Positions 29,404 to 38,913 of a stretch of 64,000 nt of DNA are shown here, piece by piece. Source of the stretch: a bacterium (GTDB taxonomy: Bacteria; Zhuqueibacterota; Zhuqueibacteria; Residuimicrobiales; Krinioviventaceae). Within the stretch, counting starts at the first letter, position 1. The number at the start of each line of letters is the position of its first letter. The stretch is from contig CAXXMD010000003.1 of the NCBI GenBank assembly GCA_963675755.2, forward strand, positions 2,848,001 to 2,912,000, read 5' to 3'. The translations under genes and the position numbers were made by a program. The notes beneath the pieces were generated by a model. It did no database searches. It was not told where the DNA came from and worked only from the letters and a program-made list of their open reading frames with translations.

Positions 29404-30767
29404 TTCACGCTTCCCGGCAAGAGACGTTCCATTTTCGAGTACAGTTGACGCCGGGTAATGCCCAAAAGTTCGGCCGCTTTTGTTTTGTTTCCTTCAGCTT
29501 TTGCAATTGCCCGTTGGATCATACGTATTTCCATCTCGTCCAGTGTCATAATATCTTCATCATGGCTTTGCAGGTCAATGGGCATTTCCGCTTCTCCGCG
29601 AATATAAGGGGGTAAATCCTGCACAGAAATGGAACTGCCTCCGGCCATAATCAAAGCTCTTTCAATTACATTTTCCAGTTCACGCACATTTCCCGGCCAT
29701 GCAAACGCTATCAAGAGTTTAATGGCTTTGGGATCAATCTTTTGCGGATCAACCTGCTGAAGAGTCATAAAATGTTCAATCAGTTCAGGTACATCTGTTT
29801 TTCTGTCCCGGAGGGGAGGAATAGTGATTGGAAAGACATTGATTCTATAATAAAGATCCTCACGAAATGATTTTTCTTTGACCATTTCTTCCAGATTGCG
29901 GTTTGTTGCTGCAATAGTTCGTGCATGTATTTTTATTGCCTGGGTTCCGCCTACCCGAATAACTTCTTTGGCTTGTAAAGCACGCAAGAGTTTAACTTGT
30001 GTTGCGGGAGTCATGTCACCAATTTCATCCAAAAAGATCGTGCCATTTCCTGCAACTTCAAACAGTCCGGGTTTTTGTTTATCTGCTCCTGTAAATGCCC
30101 CTTTTTCGTATCCAAACAGTTCACTTTCTAACAATGTTTCGGGCAATGCGCTGCAATTAACAGCAATAAATTGATTGTCTTTGCGTGGGCTGCAGTGATG
30201 AATGGCATGCGCTACCAGTTCTTTACCGGTACCGCTTTCTCCACGGACCAGAACCGTTGCATCGCTTTGAGCAACTTTTTCCACCAGTTCGTATACCTGT
30301 TGCATGGCCCCGCTTTTCCCAACCATATTGTCCAGCGAGTATTTGTTTTTCAGCTTCTTTTTTAGTGTTCTGTTTTCCTGTTTTAGATCGTGTTTGTCGA
30401 GTATATGTTTGACCTTGTGGCGTAATTCATCAATCTCAAAAGGTTTAATAACATAATCATATGCGCCGTTTTTCATGGCATCAACTGCGGTTTTTGCATC
30501 GGCATAGGCTGTCATTAACAAAACTTCGGTTTCAGGATAGGAGGATTTTACTTTTTCGAGCAGATCCAGTCCGCTCATGCCCGGCATTTTTATATCAGAC
30601 AGGATGACATCAAAAGTATCTATGTCCATTGCAGCAATTGCAGCTTCGCCACTGTTGGCTGTGGTGACAGAAAGACCAATATTTTCAAAAGCGGCTTTGA
30701 GCACAATACACATTTTACGCTCATCATCCACTATTAAAATTTTTCCATTACTCATAAAATCCCTCAA
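29400..30767 (-). CDS. Sigma54-dependent response regulator, NtrC/AtoC/ZraR family
   Basis: REC domain (LIVDDE, SDIKMPG), [14 protein letters not shown] and a Fis-type HTH. Confidence 0.95.
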   Translation of the reverse strand: MRDFMSNGKILIVDDERKMCIVLKAAFENIGLSVTTANSGEAAIAAMDIDTFDVILSDIKMPGMSGLDLLEKVKSSYPETEVLLMTAYADAKTAVDAMKNGAYDYVIKPFEIDELRHKVKHILDKHDLKQENRTLKKKLKNKYSLDNMVGKSGAMQQVYELVEKVAQSDATVLVRGESGTGKELVAHAIHHCSPRKDNQFIAVNCSALPETLLESELFGYEKGAFTGADKQKPGLFEVAGNGTIFLDEIGDMTPATQVKLLRALQAKEVIRVGGTQAIKIHARTIAATNRNLEEMVKEKSFREDLYYRINVFPITIPPLRDRKTDVPELIEHFMTLQQVDPQKIDPKAIKLLIAFAWPGNVRELENVIERALIMAGGSSISVQDLPPYIRGEAEMPIDLQSHDEDIMTLDEMEIRMIQRAIAKAEGNKTKAAELLGITRRQLYSKMERLLPGSVN

Positions 30768-30769
30768 AT

Positions 30770-32116
30770 TTAATGTGCCGGTAATGTAAATGTTATTGTT
30801 GCACCTTTGTCCTGATTATTCATAGCAGTGATTTTACCGCCATGTTTTTCAATAATTGTTTTGCTTACAGCGAGTCCTAAACCGGTTCCACGGGTTTTTG
30901 TTGTAAAAAATGGATCAAATATTTCCTCCGGTTCACCCTGAATACCTTGTCCATTGTCAATAACACTAATACGTGCATATGTCTTACCGCGACTATTTTC
31001 ACGATTGACATTGATTTGAATATCGGCTGTTTCTTCTTTAACTGCCTGACGTGCATTGATCAATAGATTCAATAATACCCTATGGATTGTGTCTCTGTCA
31101 CAGTCGGATAAAAGTTCATCTTGTTCTATATTGACTGTAAGATGAGCTTGCTCAAATTGTTCCGCGTTAAAAGAAGTAACAGCATCCTGAACTATGCTTG
31201 AAATATTCTGTTGGGCAATGGTTAGTTTGGGTTCTCGCGCAAATGATAAAAAATCGTTAACCAACCGGTTTAAACGTGCAATTTCTTCGGTGATAAAGTC
31301 AAACATCTCATTCGGCTTTTCAGGGTCCTGATAGGTTTCTTTGATAACATCGCTGGTGCTTTTTATGATGCCAAGAGGATTGCGGATCTCGTGTGCTACC
31401 GTTGCAGCCATTTGTCCCATGGCGGCCAGTCGCTGCGATTGCTGCAGATCGGCCTCGGTTTTTACAAGCAGGCGTGTGGCCCAGGTAACAAAAAAGACAA
31501 TTAGGCCTAGTACCAGAATACTGATCAGGCTGCCAAGGTACATTCCCCGTCTAAAAAATTGTATGGTATTAAATGAGCGGGCGTTGGCTTCCATTACCAG
31601 TATTACGGGATTCGCATAAGTATCATAAAGCATTGCATAGGCGTTTTTAAAATAATTACCTTCCAGCAGATGCATTTGCGAAGTTGCAATTTCATCGATC
31701 TCTATTTTCTTTAAAGCCAGGCTGTCTTCTGCCAGATACCCACGGCTTATCATTTCCAGTTCAGGCCTTGCATCTACAAGCACATCCAGCCTGACATTTA
31801 TCATATAAACCGCTTCAAGCGAGTTTTGTCTGCGGAGCATATCTAAATTTCTGCGTAAATGTGGATATTCAGATGTGTTGTAAATATCGACCAAATCGGG
31901 TTCAATTACACGGATAGCCATTTGGGCTGTAGAGCGAAGCCGGGCATCCAGTTCCTGTTCCAGGAAATTACCAATCTGATGGATAAACCAGTATGCACCC
32001 ATGTTAAATGCGGCCAGAGAGAAAAAAGTTACACCAATAACAGAGATGATTGTTAATCTTCTGCGTATGATCAACTGTTTGGGATTCTGAGGTTTTTTAA
32101 TTTTTGTCCTGCTCAT
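30770..32116 (-). CDS. Membrane sensor histidine kinase
   Basis: Two TM helices, AHEIRNPL, NLLINA, DNGQGI and GTGLGL. Confidence 0.95.
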   Translation of the reverse strand: MSRTKIKKPQNPKQLIIRRRLTIISVIGVTFFSLAAFNMGAYWFIHQIGNFLEQELDARLRSTAQMAIRVIEPDLVDIYNTSEYPHLRRNLDMLRRQNSLEAVYMINVRLDVLVDARPELEMISRGYLAEDSLALKKIEIDEIATSQMHLLEGNYFKNAYAMLYDTYANPVILVMEANARSFNTIQFFRRGMYLGSLISILVLGLIVFFVTWATRLLVKTEADLQQSQRLAAMGQMAATVAHEIRNPLGIIKSTSDVIKETYQDPEKPNEMFDFITEEIARLNRLVNDFLSFAREPKLTIAQQNISSIVQDAVTSFNAEQFEQAHLTVNIEQDELLSDCDRDTIHRVLLNLLINARQAVKEETADIQINVNRENSRGKTYARISVIDNGQGIQGEPEEIFDPFFTTKTRGTGLGLAVSKTIIEKHGGKITAMNNQDKGATITFTLPAH

Positions 32117-32127
32117 TGTCTCTCTGA

Positions 32128-32625
32128 TCAGGTTTCCTCTTTATCATTGAAAAGTCGTTCCCATTCTTCAAGTTCTTTGGGACCAATATTTACATTATAC
32201 TTTTTTTCATATTCCCGGTTTGTTGCTTCTTTATTCATTCTTTGAAAAAGAAATTCTACGCTCCAAACCGAGCATCCCATGGATTGTACAATTCGTGCCA
32301 GAGAATTGTCTGATGTTACAACCGTAAGATCTCGTTTGTTTTCAGTCTTTTCAACAAGTTTAATAATCATAGGATCCGCTTTTTGCGGTGCTTTAGAGAA
32401 TGCAACATGTATGCCACGCGGGCGATGGAGTTTGGTAATGCCTTTGATATCCTGACCGTCAAAGACGATACTAATCCTTATACTCTTGTTGCTCCTGTAG
32501 GCAATGACTTGCTGTACAAGCTCTTCACGGGCTTTCCAAAGGTGTTTTTCGTTATGTAAATAGGCTGGATTGTGGCGGAAAATATAGTTATACCCATCAA
32601 TAATGATGTGCTGCTGGAGTTTCAT
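32128..32625 (-). CDS. NYN-domain (YacP-like) putative RNase
   Basis: IIDGYN, IVFDG, ADPMI and VVTSD motifs. Confidence 0.85.
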   Translation of the reverse strand: MKLQQHIIIDGYNYIFRHNPAYLHNEKHLWKAREELVQQVIAYRSNKSIRISIVFDGQDIKGITKLHRPRGIHVAFSKAPQKADPMIIKLVEKTENKRDLTVVTSDNSLARIVQSMGCSVWSVEFLFQRMNKEATNREYEKKYNVNIGPKELEEWERLFNDKEET

Positions 32626-33647
32626 CGTAAATTTGTTTTTGAATTTATAGTATCCATTACTGCTTTAAATACCATGTCTGAAGTGATGGATTGCATACAC
32701 TCCATTTTGGGACAAAGATCGCGATGGCAGCGGCTGCAATCAATTTGGTGAAAGACCAGGCGATGTCCATTGTTCGGGCTGTATGGGAACCATATTTCGG
32801 GTTCTCCCGGACCGAAAATACCTACTGTAGGTGTGCCAACAGCGGGGGCAAGGTGCATTGGACCACAGTCGTTTGACACAAAAACATTTATGTGATATAG
32901 AATTGCGGCTAGTTTTCTTAGAGAGAGAACCTCTGGTGCTATGGCATCGTAACGGTAGTTTTTGATAACAGATTGAACCAGATGGTGTTCACCGGGTCCC
33001 ATTGTGAATAATATTTGGGCATCGGCTTCGGCAGTGAGTCGGGTAGCCAACTCGCTGAATCGTTCAGGTGACCATCGTTTTGCAGGCCATGTCGCGCCAG
33101 CGTGTATACCGATTATTTTTTTGTCCAGATCAAATCCTTTTTGGTCCAGATATTTTGCTGCCCACTCTTTTTCATCAGGATGGACGATAATATAAGGATC
33201 AACTGGTTCATGGGGTTTGATGTCTAGCGGGGAAAGATAACGCAGATGAAAATCAACCGCAGAGCGGGTTTTACCATCATCTTTTATCTTGTGACTGTAA
33301 AAGTGCTTTCTGCCTCTAAAGTTGCCACCTATACGTATTTTAGCGCCTGATAACCAGGTTAGATAGGCTGAACGAGGATTACCAAATAGATCAATCGCTA
33401 TATCATATTTATTTGTTAACAGTTTAAACATAGCTCGATTTTGCGAACCCTTGTCACTGCGTTTAAAGGACAGCAGCCTGTATATATGCGGATGGTGTCT
33501 TAAAAGTGAGATATAGGGTTCTTCGGCAAGATACGTTATTGATGCCTGGGGGTAGGTGCGTTTTAATTCATGCAATAATGGGGTGGTTAAAATAATATCA
33601 CCCATAAACCGTAATCGTGAGATAAGAATATTATTAACAGTTTCCAA
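32622..33647 (-). CDS. Glycosyltransferase family 9 (LPS heptosyltransferase-like)
   Basis: MGDIILTTP, HAGATWPAKRW and SNDCGPMHLA..VGTPTVGIFGP motifs. Confidence 0.9.
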   Translation of the reverse strand: METVNNILISRLRFMGDIILTTPLLHELKRTYPQASITYLAEEPYISLLRHHPHIYRLLSFKRSDKGSQNRAMFKLLTNKYDIAIDLFGNPRSAYLTWLSGAKIRIGGNFRGRKHFYSHKIKDDGKTRSAVDFHLRYLSPLDIKPHEPVDPYIIVHPDEKEWAAKYLDQKGFDLDKKIIGIHAGATWPAKRWSPERFSELATRLTAEADAQILFTMGPGEHHLVQSVIKNYRYDAIAPEVLSLRKLAAILYHINVFVSNDCGPMHLAPAVGTPTVGIFGPGEPEIWFPYSPNNGHRLVFHQIDCSRCHRDLCPKMECMQSITSDMVFKAVMDTINSKTNLR

Positions 33648-33714
33648 TCGGCCCTCGTTTTGTATTGATTAGAATAGTAATAAAACTTGATATATAAATC
33701 AAGAAAATTTTCGA

Positions 33715-34572
33715 TTATGTTAAAGAAAAGAGAGAGTAATTTGGTGATTTGACGCCTTTAATTGTAACAGGGTAGCGAATAACTTGCTGATCTGTTAATT
33801 TTTGCAATGTTTGCTCAATTACGAGCTTGTTCCATCCAAATAAGCGTATAATGGAGTTTGCATCTGAAACGAGTACGGTTTCAAAGTATTTTTTTAGAAT
33901 TTGAAAATAGGCGTCTTGAATTGAGAGGGTAGAGATGGATTCAAATATTTCCTCAAATCTATTGGTGAACAAGTCCCATAAAAAAGTAAAGGGATCATAA
34001 AACTCGCCTATTTTTAATACAAACATTTTCATTTGCAACTCTGCCATGGCTTTGTCAAAATCTGACCGTCGGTCCGGGTTAGACAATCTGCTGGCAATTT
34101 TCAGATCAGAGGTAATCATGGGATGGGTTTCCATAAGGGCGTCCATAATAGCTTTAGCATTTGCAGACAACCTGCCGGCCATATATTCTGCAATATAGGC
34201 ATTGGGATCGTCAGAATAGCCTTTGGTTTTGTAGAAAAAGGGTAGATATTCTAGCGAGATCATGGTGGGACGGTTTTTAAGAGCTTTGCCGTAATAAATT
34301 TGTTTTCTTGCCGGCAATACATCTTTGGCTGTCCATACCAGACCAATGTTGGGATCGTGCTGCACATGGTGTGGATATTCCGGGTCCCTTTCTCCACATG
34401 CCGCATGCCACAAGCACGGCAGTTCTGATTTGTTGGATTTGAACGCAAAACAAAATCCAACCTTGTTGACAAAGTCTAGCGCATTGTCAATATCAGTTAT
34501 GCGGAGCTCGGGAGTACGATGGTAAATCGCATCCCGTTTTTCTTCAATATATTCAATGTAAAATTCTGTCAT
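33715..34572 (-). CDS. AlkZ/YcaQ-related winged-helix protein
   Basis: A..FVNKVGFCF, LPCLW, W.AKD.L...KQIYYGK..K.RPTMIS and FDKAMAELQ pattern recalled from AlkZ-related families; overlaps the mutY stop. Confidence 0.55.
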   Translation of the reverse strand: MTEFYIEYIEEKRDAIYHRTPELRITDIDNALDFVNKVGFCFAFKSNKSELPCLWHAACGERDPEYPHHVQHDPNIGLVWTAKDVLPARKQIYYGKALKNRPTMISLEYLPFFYKTKGYSDDPNAYIAEYMAGRLSANAKAIMDALMETHPMITSDLKIASRLSNPDRRSDFDKAMAELQMKMFVLKIGEFYDPFTFLWDLFTNRFEEIFESISTLSIQDAYFQILKKYFETVLVSDANSIIRLFGWNKLVIEQTLQKLTDQQVIRYPVTIKGVKSPNYSLFSLT

Positions 34573-35645
34573 GATTGTCTTTTCAGCATTTTATCAAGAA
34601 TTTTTCGGTTTGCACGAGGAAAAGCAAAATCGTCAATTGTTTCCAGTGTTACCCATTTCCAATCCGCACAGCCAATGGTTTTGGGGTTACCCGAGAGATA
34701 CTTGCAATTGAATACCTGCATTGTTATGGAAAAATGGGTATAAGCATGTTTAACCGTATCGAATAATTCACCAACCTGTACATCAATATCCAGTTCTTCT
34801 TTGATTTCGCGTGCAGCTGCCTGTTCCGGGGATTCATTTTCTTCTACCTTGCCACCGGGAAATTCCCAGAGACCACCCAACAATCCTTTGTCAGGTCGTT
34901 TTGCGATCAGGATTTTATCGTCATGGTAAATAATTCCAGCGGAAATAAGATGATGCGGCAGAGCCTTTGACGGCTGTTTGACAGGGTATTGCTCCATATC
35001 ACCATGTTTGTTGGCCGCGCAATAATTATTTATGGGGCATAACATGCATTTAGGAGATCGGGGACGGCATACCATTGCACCTAGTTCCATGATGGCCTGA
35101 TTATAATCCCCCGGTCGATTCCAGGGTAAAATCTGCTGTGCCAGGTTTTCCATTTCTTTTTTACCTGCGTTTGATTTGGGATCTATGGATATGCGATATA
35201 CCCTGCACAATACACGATTTACATTTCCATCTACAACTGCTAATTGTTGATTAAAAGCAATACTGAGAATTGCCGCAGCGGTGTACGGACCAATTCCGCT
35301 CAGATTGCGTACAGAATCCGGCTCGTTTGGGAAAATGCCATTGTGATCATTTACTATCTGTTTCGCGGCTTTGTGCAGATTCCGTGCGCGGGCATAGTAA
35401 CCCAATCCTTCCCAGAGTTTGAGGACCTGGTCCTGATTTGCATTCGCCAGATCAAAAACAGTGGGAAAAGCTTCCATGAATCGTAAATAATAAGGTACAA
35501 CGGTTTTGACCTGTGTCTGCTGCAGCATGATTTCGGATACCCATATGGAATACGGATCGCTGGTCTGCCGCCAGGGCAGGTCACGGAATTCATTGTCGTA
35601 CCACTCGAGTAAAGCGGTTTGGATGTGGTGGATATGAGCAGTCAT
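34569..35645 (-). CDS. mutY: A/G-specific adenine glycosylase with C-terminal Nudix (MutT-like) domain
   Basis: WVSEIMLQQTQV, WEGLGYYARARNL, HhH GIGPYTA, FeS CRPRSPKCMLCPINNYC, and GLWEFPGGK. Confidence 0.95.
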   Translation of the reverse strand: MTAHIHHIQTALLEWYDNEFRDLPWRQTSDPYSIWVSEIMLQQTQVKTVVPYYLRFMEAFPTVFDLANANQDQVLKLWEGLGYYARARNLHKAAKQIVNDHNGIFPNEPDSVRNLSGIGPYTAAAILSIAFNQQLAVVDGNVNRVLCRVYRISIDPKSNAGKKEMENLAQQILPWNRPGDYNQAIMELGAMVCRPRSPKCMLCPINNYCAANKHGDMEQYPVKQPSKALPHHLISAGIIYHDDKILIAKRPDKGLLGGLWEFPGGKVEENESPEQAAAREIKEELDIDVQVGELFDTVKHAYTHFSITMQVFNCKYLSGNPKTIGCADWKWVTLETIDDFAFPRANRKILDKMLKRQS

Positions 35646-35850
35646 ATATTTTTATAATTTTGCTTAATATATTGATTTACGAAATTTAAAGTATTAAAAA
35701 ATAGGATTAATTGAAAAGAAAACTAGTATTAATTCAAAGGAACATAGCAATTTTAAATATTTATACTTAAAGTAAGGCTATCAATTTTTTGAAAGATTTT
35801 AAATGATTGTTTTATCTAGTCTTGAAAAAATAAATAGTATATGAAAAAAA

Positions 35851-36174
35851 TTACTCAATTGTCCATTTGCGTTGTTTGTTAATCTCTTCTTTTTCGCGGA
35901 ATGCTGCCTCCAGATCAATGTCGTAACGGTTGGCTATGGCAAAGAGATAGATCAGAATGTCAGCCAGCTCGTGCGAGATATCACTAAACCTGGAATTGGT
36001 ATCTATTTTTAGTCCTTCAGATTTTCGAACTGCTTTGAACAGCTCCCCAATCTCTTCTCCCAATAGCAGACATTTATCCCTTGCGGACTGGTCAATGAAT
36101 CCCCGTTCAATCTCAAGCTGGTTAACATATTCCTGTAAATCCTCTAGTGTAGGGTTTTCTAATAAATTTGGCAT
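35851..36174 (-). CDS. MazG-like nucleotide pyrophosphohydrolase (RS21-C6/dCTPase-like)
   Basis: LGEEIGELFKA..ELADILIYL motif. Start moved to MPNLL because the upstream extension crosses a terminator. Confidence 0.85.
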   Translation of the reverse strand: MPNLLENPTLEDLQEYVNQLEIERGFIDQSARDKCLLLGEEIGELFKAVRKSEGLKIDTNSRFSDISHELADILIYLFAIANRYDIDLEAAFREKEEINKQRKWTIE

Positions 36175-36286
36175 GAATATTTTCCTGAAAAATAATGTGG
36201 ATTTTATAGGATAGAATAAATAAAATTTTAAAGGTAAATACAACAGGAATGTAGGGAGAATTTGATTTAAATGATTTTTTATTGGG

Positions 36287-36328
36287 AAAAATAAAACACC
36301 CCTCAAAGCCTTGGGTCTTTGAGGGGCG
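36287..36328 (-). terminator. Intrinsic terminator of the double-cubane operon
   Basis: CCCCTCAAAG/CTTTGAGGGG stem followed by a U-rich tract on the minus strand. Confidence 0.8.
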
Positions 36329-36364
36329 CTGATAATACCCGGCACCTGCCATGCGCCGGGTAAT

Positions 36365-37123
36365 TTAAACTTCGCTTCCGGCCTCCTGCGCCAGTAGTGA
36401 AGCTCCTAATGCACCGGCAAATTGAGGAAGGGCTGGTACAATTATTTCACGATGTAATAATTTTTCAAGTAGTACCCGTATACACGGATTTTTGGCAACT
36501 CCACCCTCAAATACAACCGGGCCATCGCTGCCAATCCGGTTCAACATGCTCACTGCCCGTTTGGCTACGGATTTGTGCAATGCCCATGCAATATCATTTC
36601 GGTTATGTCCTTTTGATATGAGAGAGATAACCTCAGATTCCGCAAACACTGTACACATGCTGTTGATATGAATTTCGGTTTGAGATTCGAGCGCGTGTTC
36701 ACCAAATTCCTGAATATTGAATCCCAGGGTAGATGCCATAATCTCTAAAAATTTGCCGGTACCAGCTGCGCAACGGTCATTCATTTCAAATTTTTTGACC
36801 TTGCCGTTTTCGAACAAAGAGATGACTTTGCAGTCCTGACCACCAATATCCAGAATTATAGATGCATTGGGATAAAGGGCCTTGGCCCCCCGTGCATGGG
36901 CTTTGATTTCGGTAACCGTGGGGCTGTCATACTCGATCTCCATGAGATTACGGCCATAACCGGTAGCCATAATACTATCGTATTTCAATCCATCCAGCAA
37001 TTGCTTTGCCTGGTTAAGCGGATCATATCCCGTATCTGCATGATGGTATTCAAGCAGGTTGCTGTTTTCAGTCAATACAACTTTGATTGTTCTTGAGCCG
37101 ATATCAATCCCGGCACACTTCAT
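36365..37123 (-). CDS. ATP-dependent activator (archerase; HgdC/BadF-BadG family), DCCP-R-like
   Basis: GIDIGS, ATGYGR, DIGGQD.K, MNDRCAAGTG and SMCTVFAESE motifs. Confidence 0.92.
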   Translation of the reverse strand: MKCAGIDIGSRTIKVVLTENSNLLEYHHADTGYDPLNQAKQLLDGLKYDSIMATGYGRNLMEIEYDSPTVTEIKAHARGAKALYPNASIILDIGGQDCKVISLFENGKVKKFEMNDRCAAGTGKFLEIMASTLGFNIQEFGEHALESQTEIHINSMCTVFAESEVISLISKGHNRNDIAWALHKSVAKRAVSMLNRIGSDGPVVFEGGVAKNPCIRVLLEKLLHREIIVPALPQFAGALGASLLAQEAGSEV

Positions 37124-37138
37124 ACTGCCAACTCCTAC

Positions 37139-38416
37139 TTATTTTAACTGCTCTACAAATGCTTCTACGCGGGTTTTTAGCTGACCCACATCTTCCATAC
37201 TATAGTCGGTTTCCACACGTAGCACGGGAACACCGGCATCTTCAAGTTTTTTCTCTACCGGAATGGATTCCATGATATAGGGCTGGCAGAACTGCAAACC
37301 ATAATGGATAACTCCATCGGCATTATAGGCTTTGACCATCTCTTGAATGTGCTGTGTTCGTTCCGAATTGGGGGTAAATATTGCACAATCAACCTTGAAA
37401 TAGCGGTCAATGATGGCATCCATCAACTCATCCATTGATTCGCCCGTGGCATCGGTGAGGTTGCGTGTACCGCGTTCACCCACGCACGATTCTTCACCCA
37501 CAATGACTGCACCAGAAGATTCAACAATCCATGGGAACTTCCAGTTGGGTACTGCCATAGGACAACCGGAGATGAGAATTCGTGGTGTATTTTCCGGGAA
37601 AACGCCCTCTTTGTTGGATATACGTTCGGCCAGTTCGTCACAGATTTTGTTGACAGAGGCGGTAAAGCGTTCAGGATTATCATAAAAGAACACCTGGTTG
37701 GCCAGCAGGGCATCGAGACCTGAAATAGGGGCGGGATTTGCTTTTCTCAATGCAGAAAGACGGTGTATTGCACCGCGTTTTTGGTTTACAATTTGAATAC
37801 CTTTTTTCAGGGATTCCAGAGTTACCTCGTGACCGGTCAGTTCCTGGAGTACCTGCAAGAAACGATAATATTCGGCTTTTAACAGCATGCGCCCCTGCTC
37901 GGATTTAACCTGGGGGATGTCCATTACATACAGATTGTCTACAAGGGTATCAAGCGTTTCATAGGCTTTTTTCTTGCCGTCGCAGGTGTTTTCGCCTACA
38001 ATCATATCCGCGCTTTCCAGGTATGGGCACACTTTGCCCAGTTTGAACCCAAAGGAGGATTTGATCAATGAACAGGTATTACGGGGCAGATACTGTTCAA
38101 CACTTTCTGTGGCAAAATCAGCCCCGGAGCATAAACCTACAAGAGAAGCGTTTGCAGCCAGTACCAGTTCTTCCGGAACAAAAACACAATATGAGCCAAT
38201 AATTTTGCGACCCTGGTCTTTTTCATCCAGTAATTCTTTAATACGCAGTCCATGCACTTCGCTCATAACAAAATCGAAATATTGCATGCCTTGTGGACGG
38301 TTTTTCTGAGAAAGGTAAATATCCCCATAACCCTGGCCCAGTACTTCAAGCAGTGCATCGTGGGCACCCAGGTCCAGTCCGAGATCGGACCACATTTGCT
38401 GATAATTTTCAGACAT
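37139..38416 (-). CDS. Double-cubane [8Fe-9S] cluster protein (DCCP)-like anaerobic reductase, 2-hydroxyacyl-CoA dehydratase superfamily
   Basis: N-terminus MW.DLGLDL..HD..L..IYLSQKNRP.GM.YFDFVMSEVHGLRIKEL, plus YCVFVPEE, GLCSG, PRNTC, TCDGKKK, ESCVG, DCAIFTPN and LQFCQPY. Start set at the second ATG, 6 nt after GGAGG. Confidence 0.85.
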   Translation of the reverse strand: MSENYQQMWSDLGLDLGAHDALLEVLGQGYGDIYLSQKNRPQGMQYFDFVMSEVHGLRIKELLDEKDQGRKIIGSYCVFVPEELVLAANASLVGLCSGADFATESVEQYLPRNTCSLIKSSFGFKLGKVCPYLESADMIVGENTCDGKKKAYETLDTLVDNLYVMDIPQVKSEQGRMLLKAEYYRFLQVLQELTGHEVTLESLKKGIQIVNQKRGAIHRLSALRKANPAPISGLDALLANQVFFYDNPERFTASVNKICDELAERISNKEGVFPENTPRILISGCPMAVPNWKFPWIVESSGAVIVGEESCVGERGTRNLTDATGESMDELMDAIIDRYFKVDCAIFTPNSERTQHIQEMVKAYNADGVIHYGLQFCQPYIMESIPVEKKLEDAGVPVLRVETDYSMEDVGQLKTRVEAFVEQLK

Positions 38417-38833
38417 GTTCATCCTCCAAATGGTGTTGATCGCTTACATCCCCACGCGAACACCTTTATTATTGGAAGGACAAACGCACAGGAACGTTAC
38501 GAAAATAAACTGAGAAAAGAGCTGACCAGCCCTTTGATCGGTTGTCAATTACATTGATAAAAAAGTAATTTCATAACGCTTTCCGTTTTTCAGAACGTTG
38601 TTGAATAAATTACAGTAAAATTTTTGCATGGAATCTATATTTTTTACAATTAATGCATTTTTTGCACAATATGCAAGTGGAATGTGCTGATTTGCTATGC
38701 AATTTATATTAAATGTATGTTAACAATTGTAAAATGCTCTATGCTGGACGTTATAACCGGGGATATGTCTGTCGCTTTTCATGCCAGCGTAACTAATCGT
38801 TTGTAGCGGACAAAGGGATATGTTTTGTTCTAC

Positions 38834-38870
38834 AAAAAAACCTCCCAAAGCAAATTGCTATGGGAGGTTT
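38834..38870 (-). terminator. Intrinsic terminator after the GHMP kinase gene
   Basis: AAACCTCCCA..TGGGAGGTTT stem with an A7 run (U7 on the minus strand). Confidence 0.85.
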
Positions 38871-38913
38871 AAAATCTTATCTTAATAATACTATGTATCC
38901 TAATTCAGACAGT

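Noticed and set aside
38497-38574. Minus-strand mini-ORF MKLLFYQCN-TGA as a possible selenopeptide
   Set aside because: No clear RBS or SECIS-like hairpin, and no homology.
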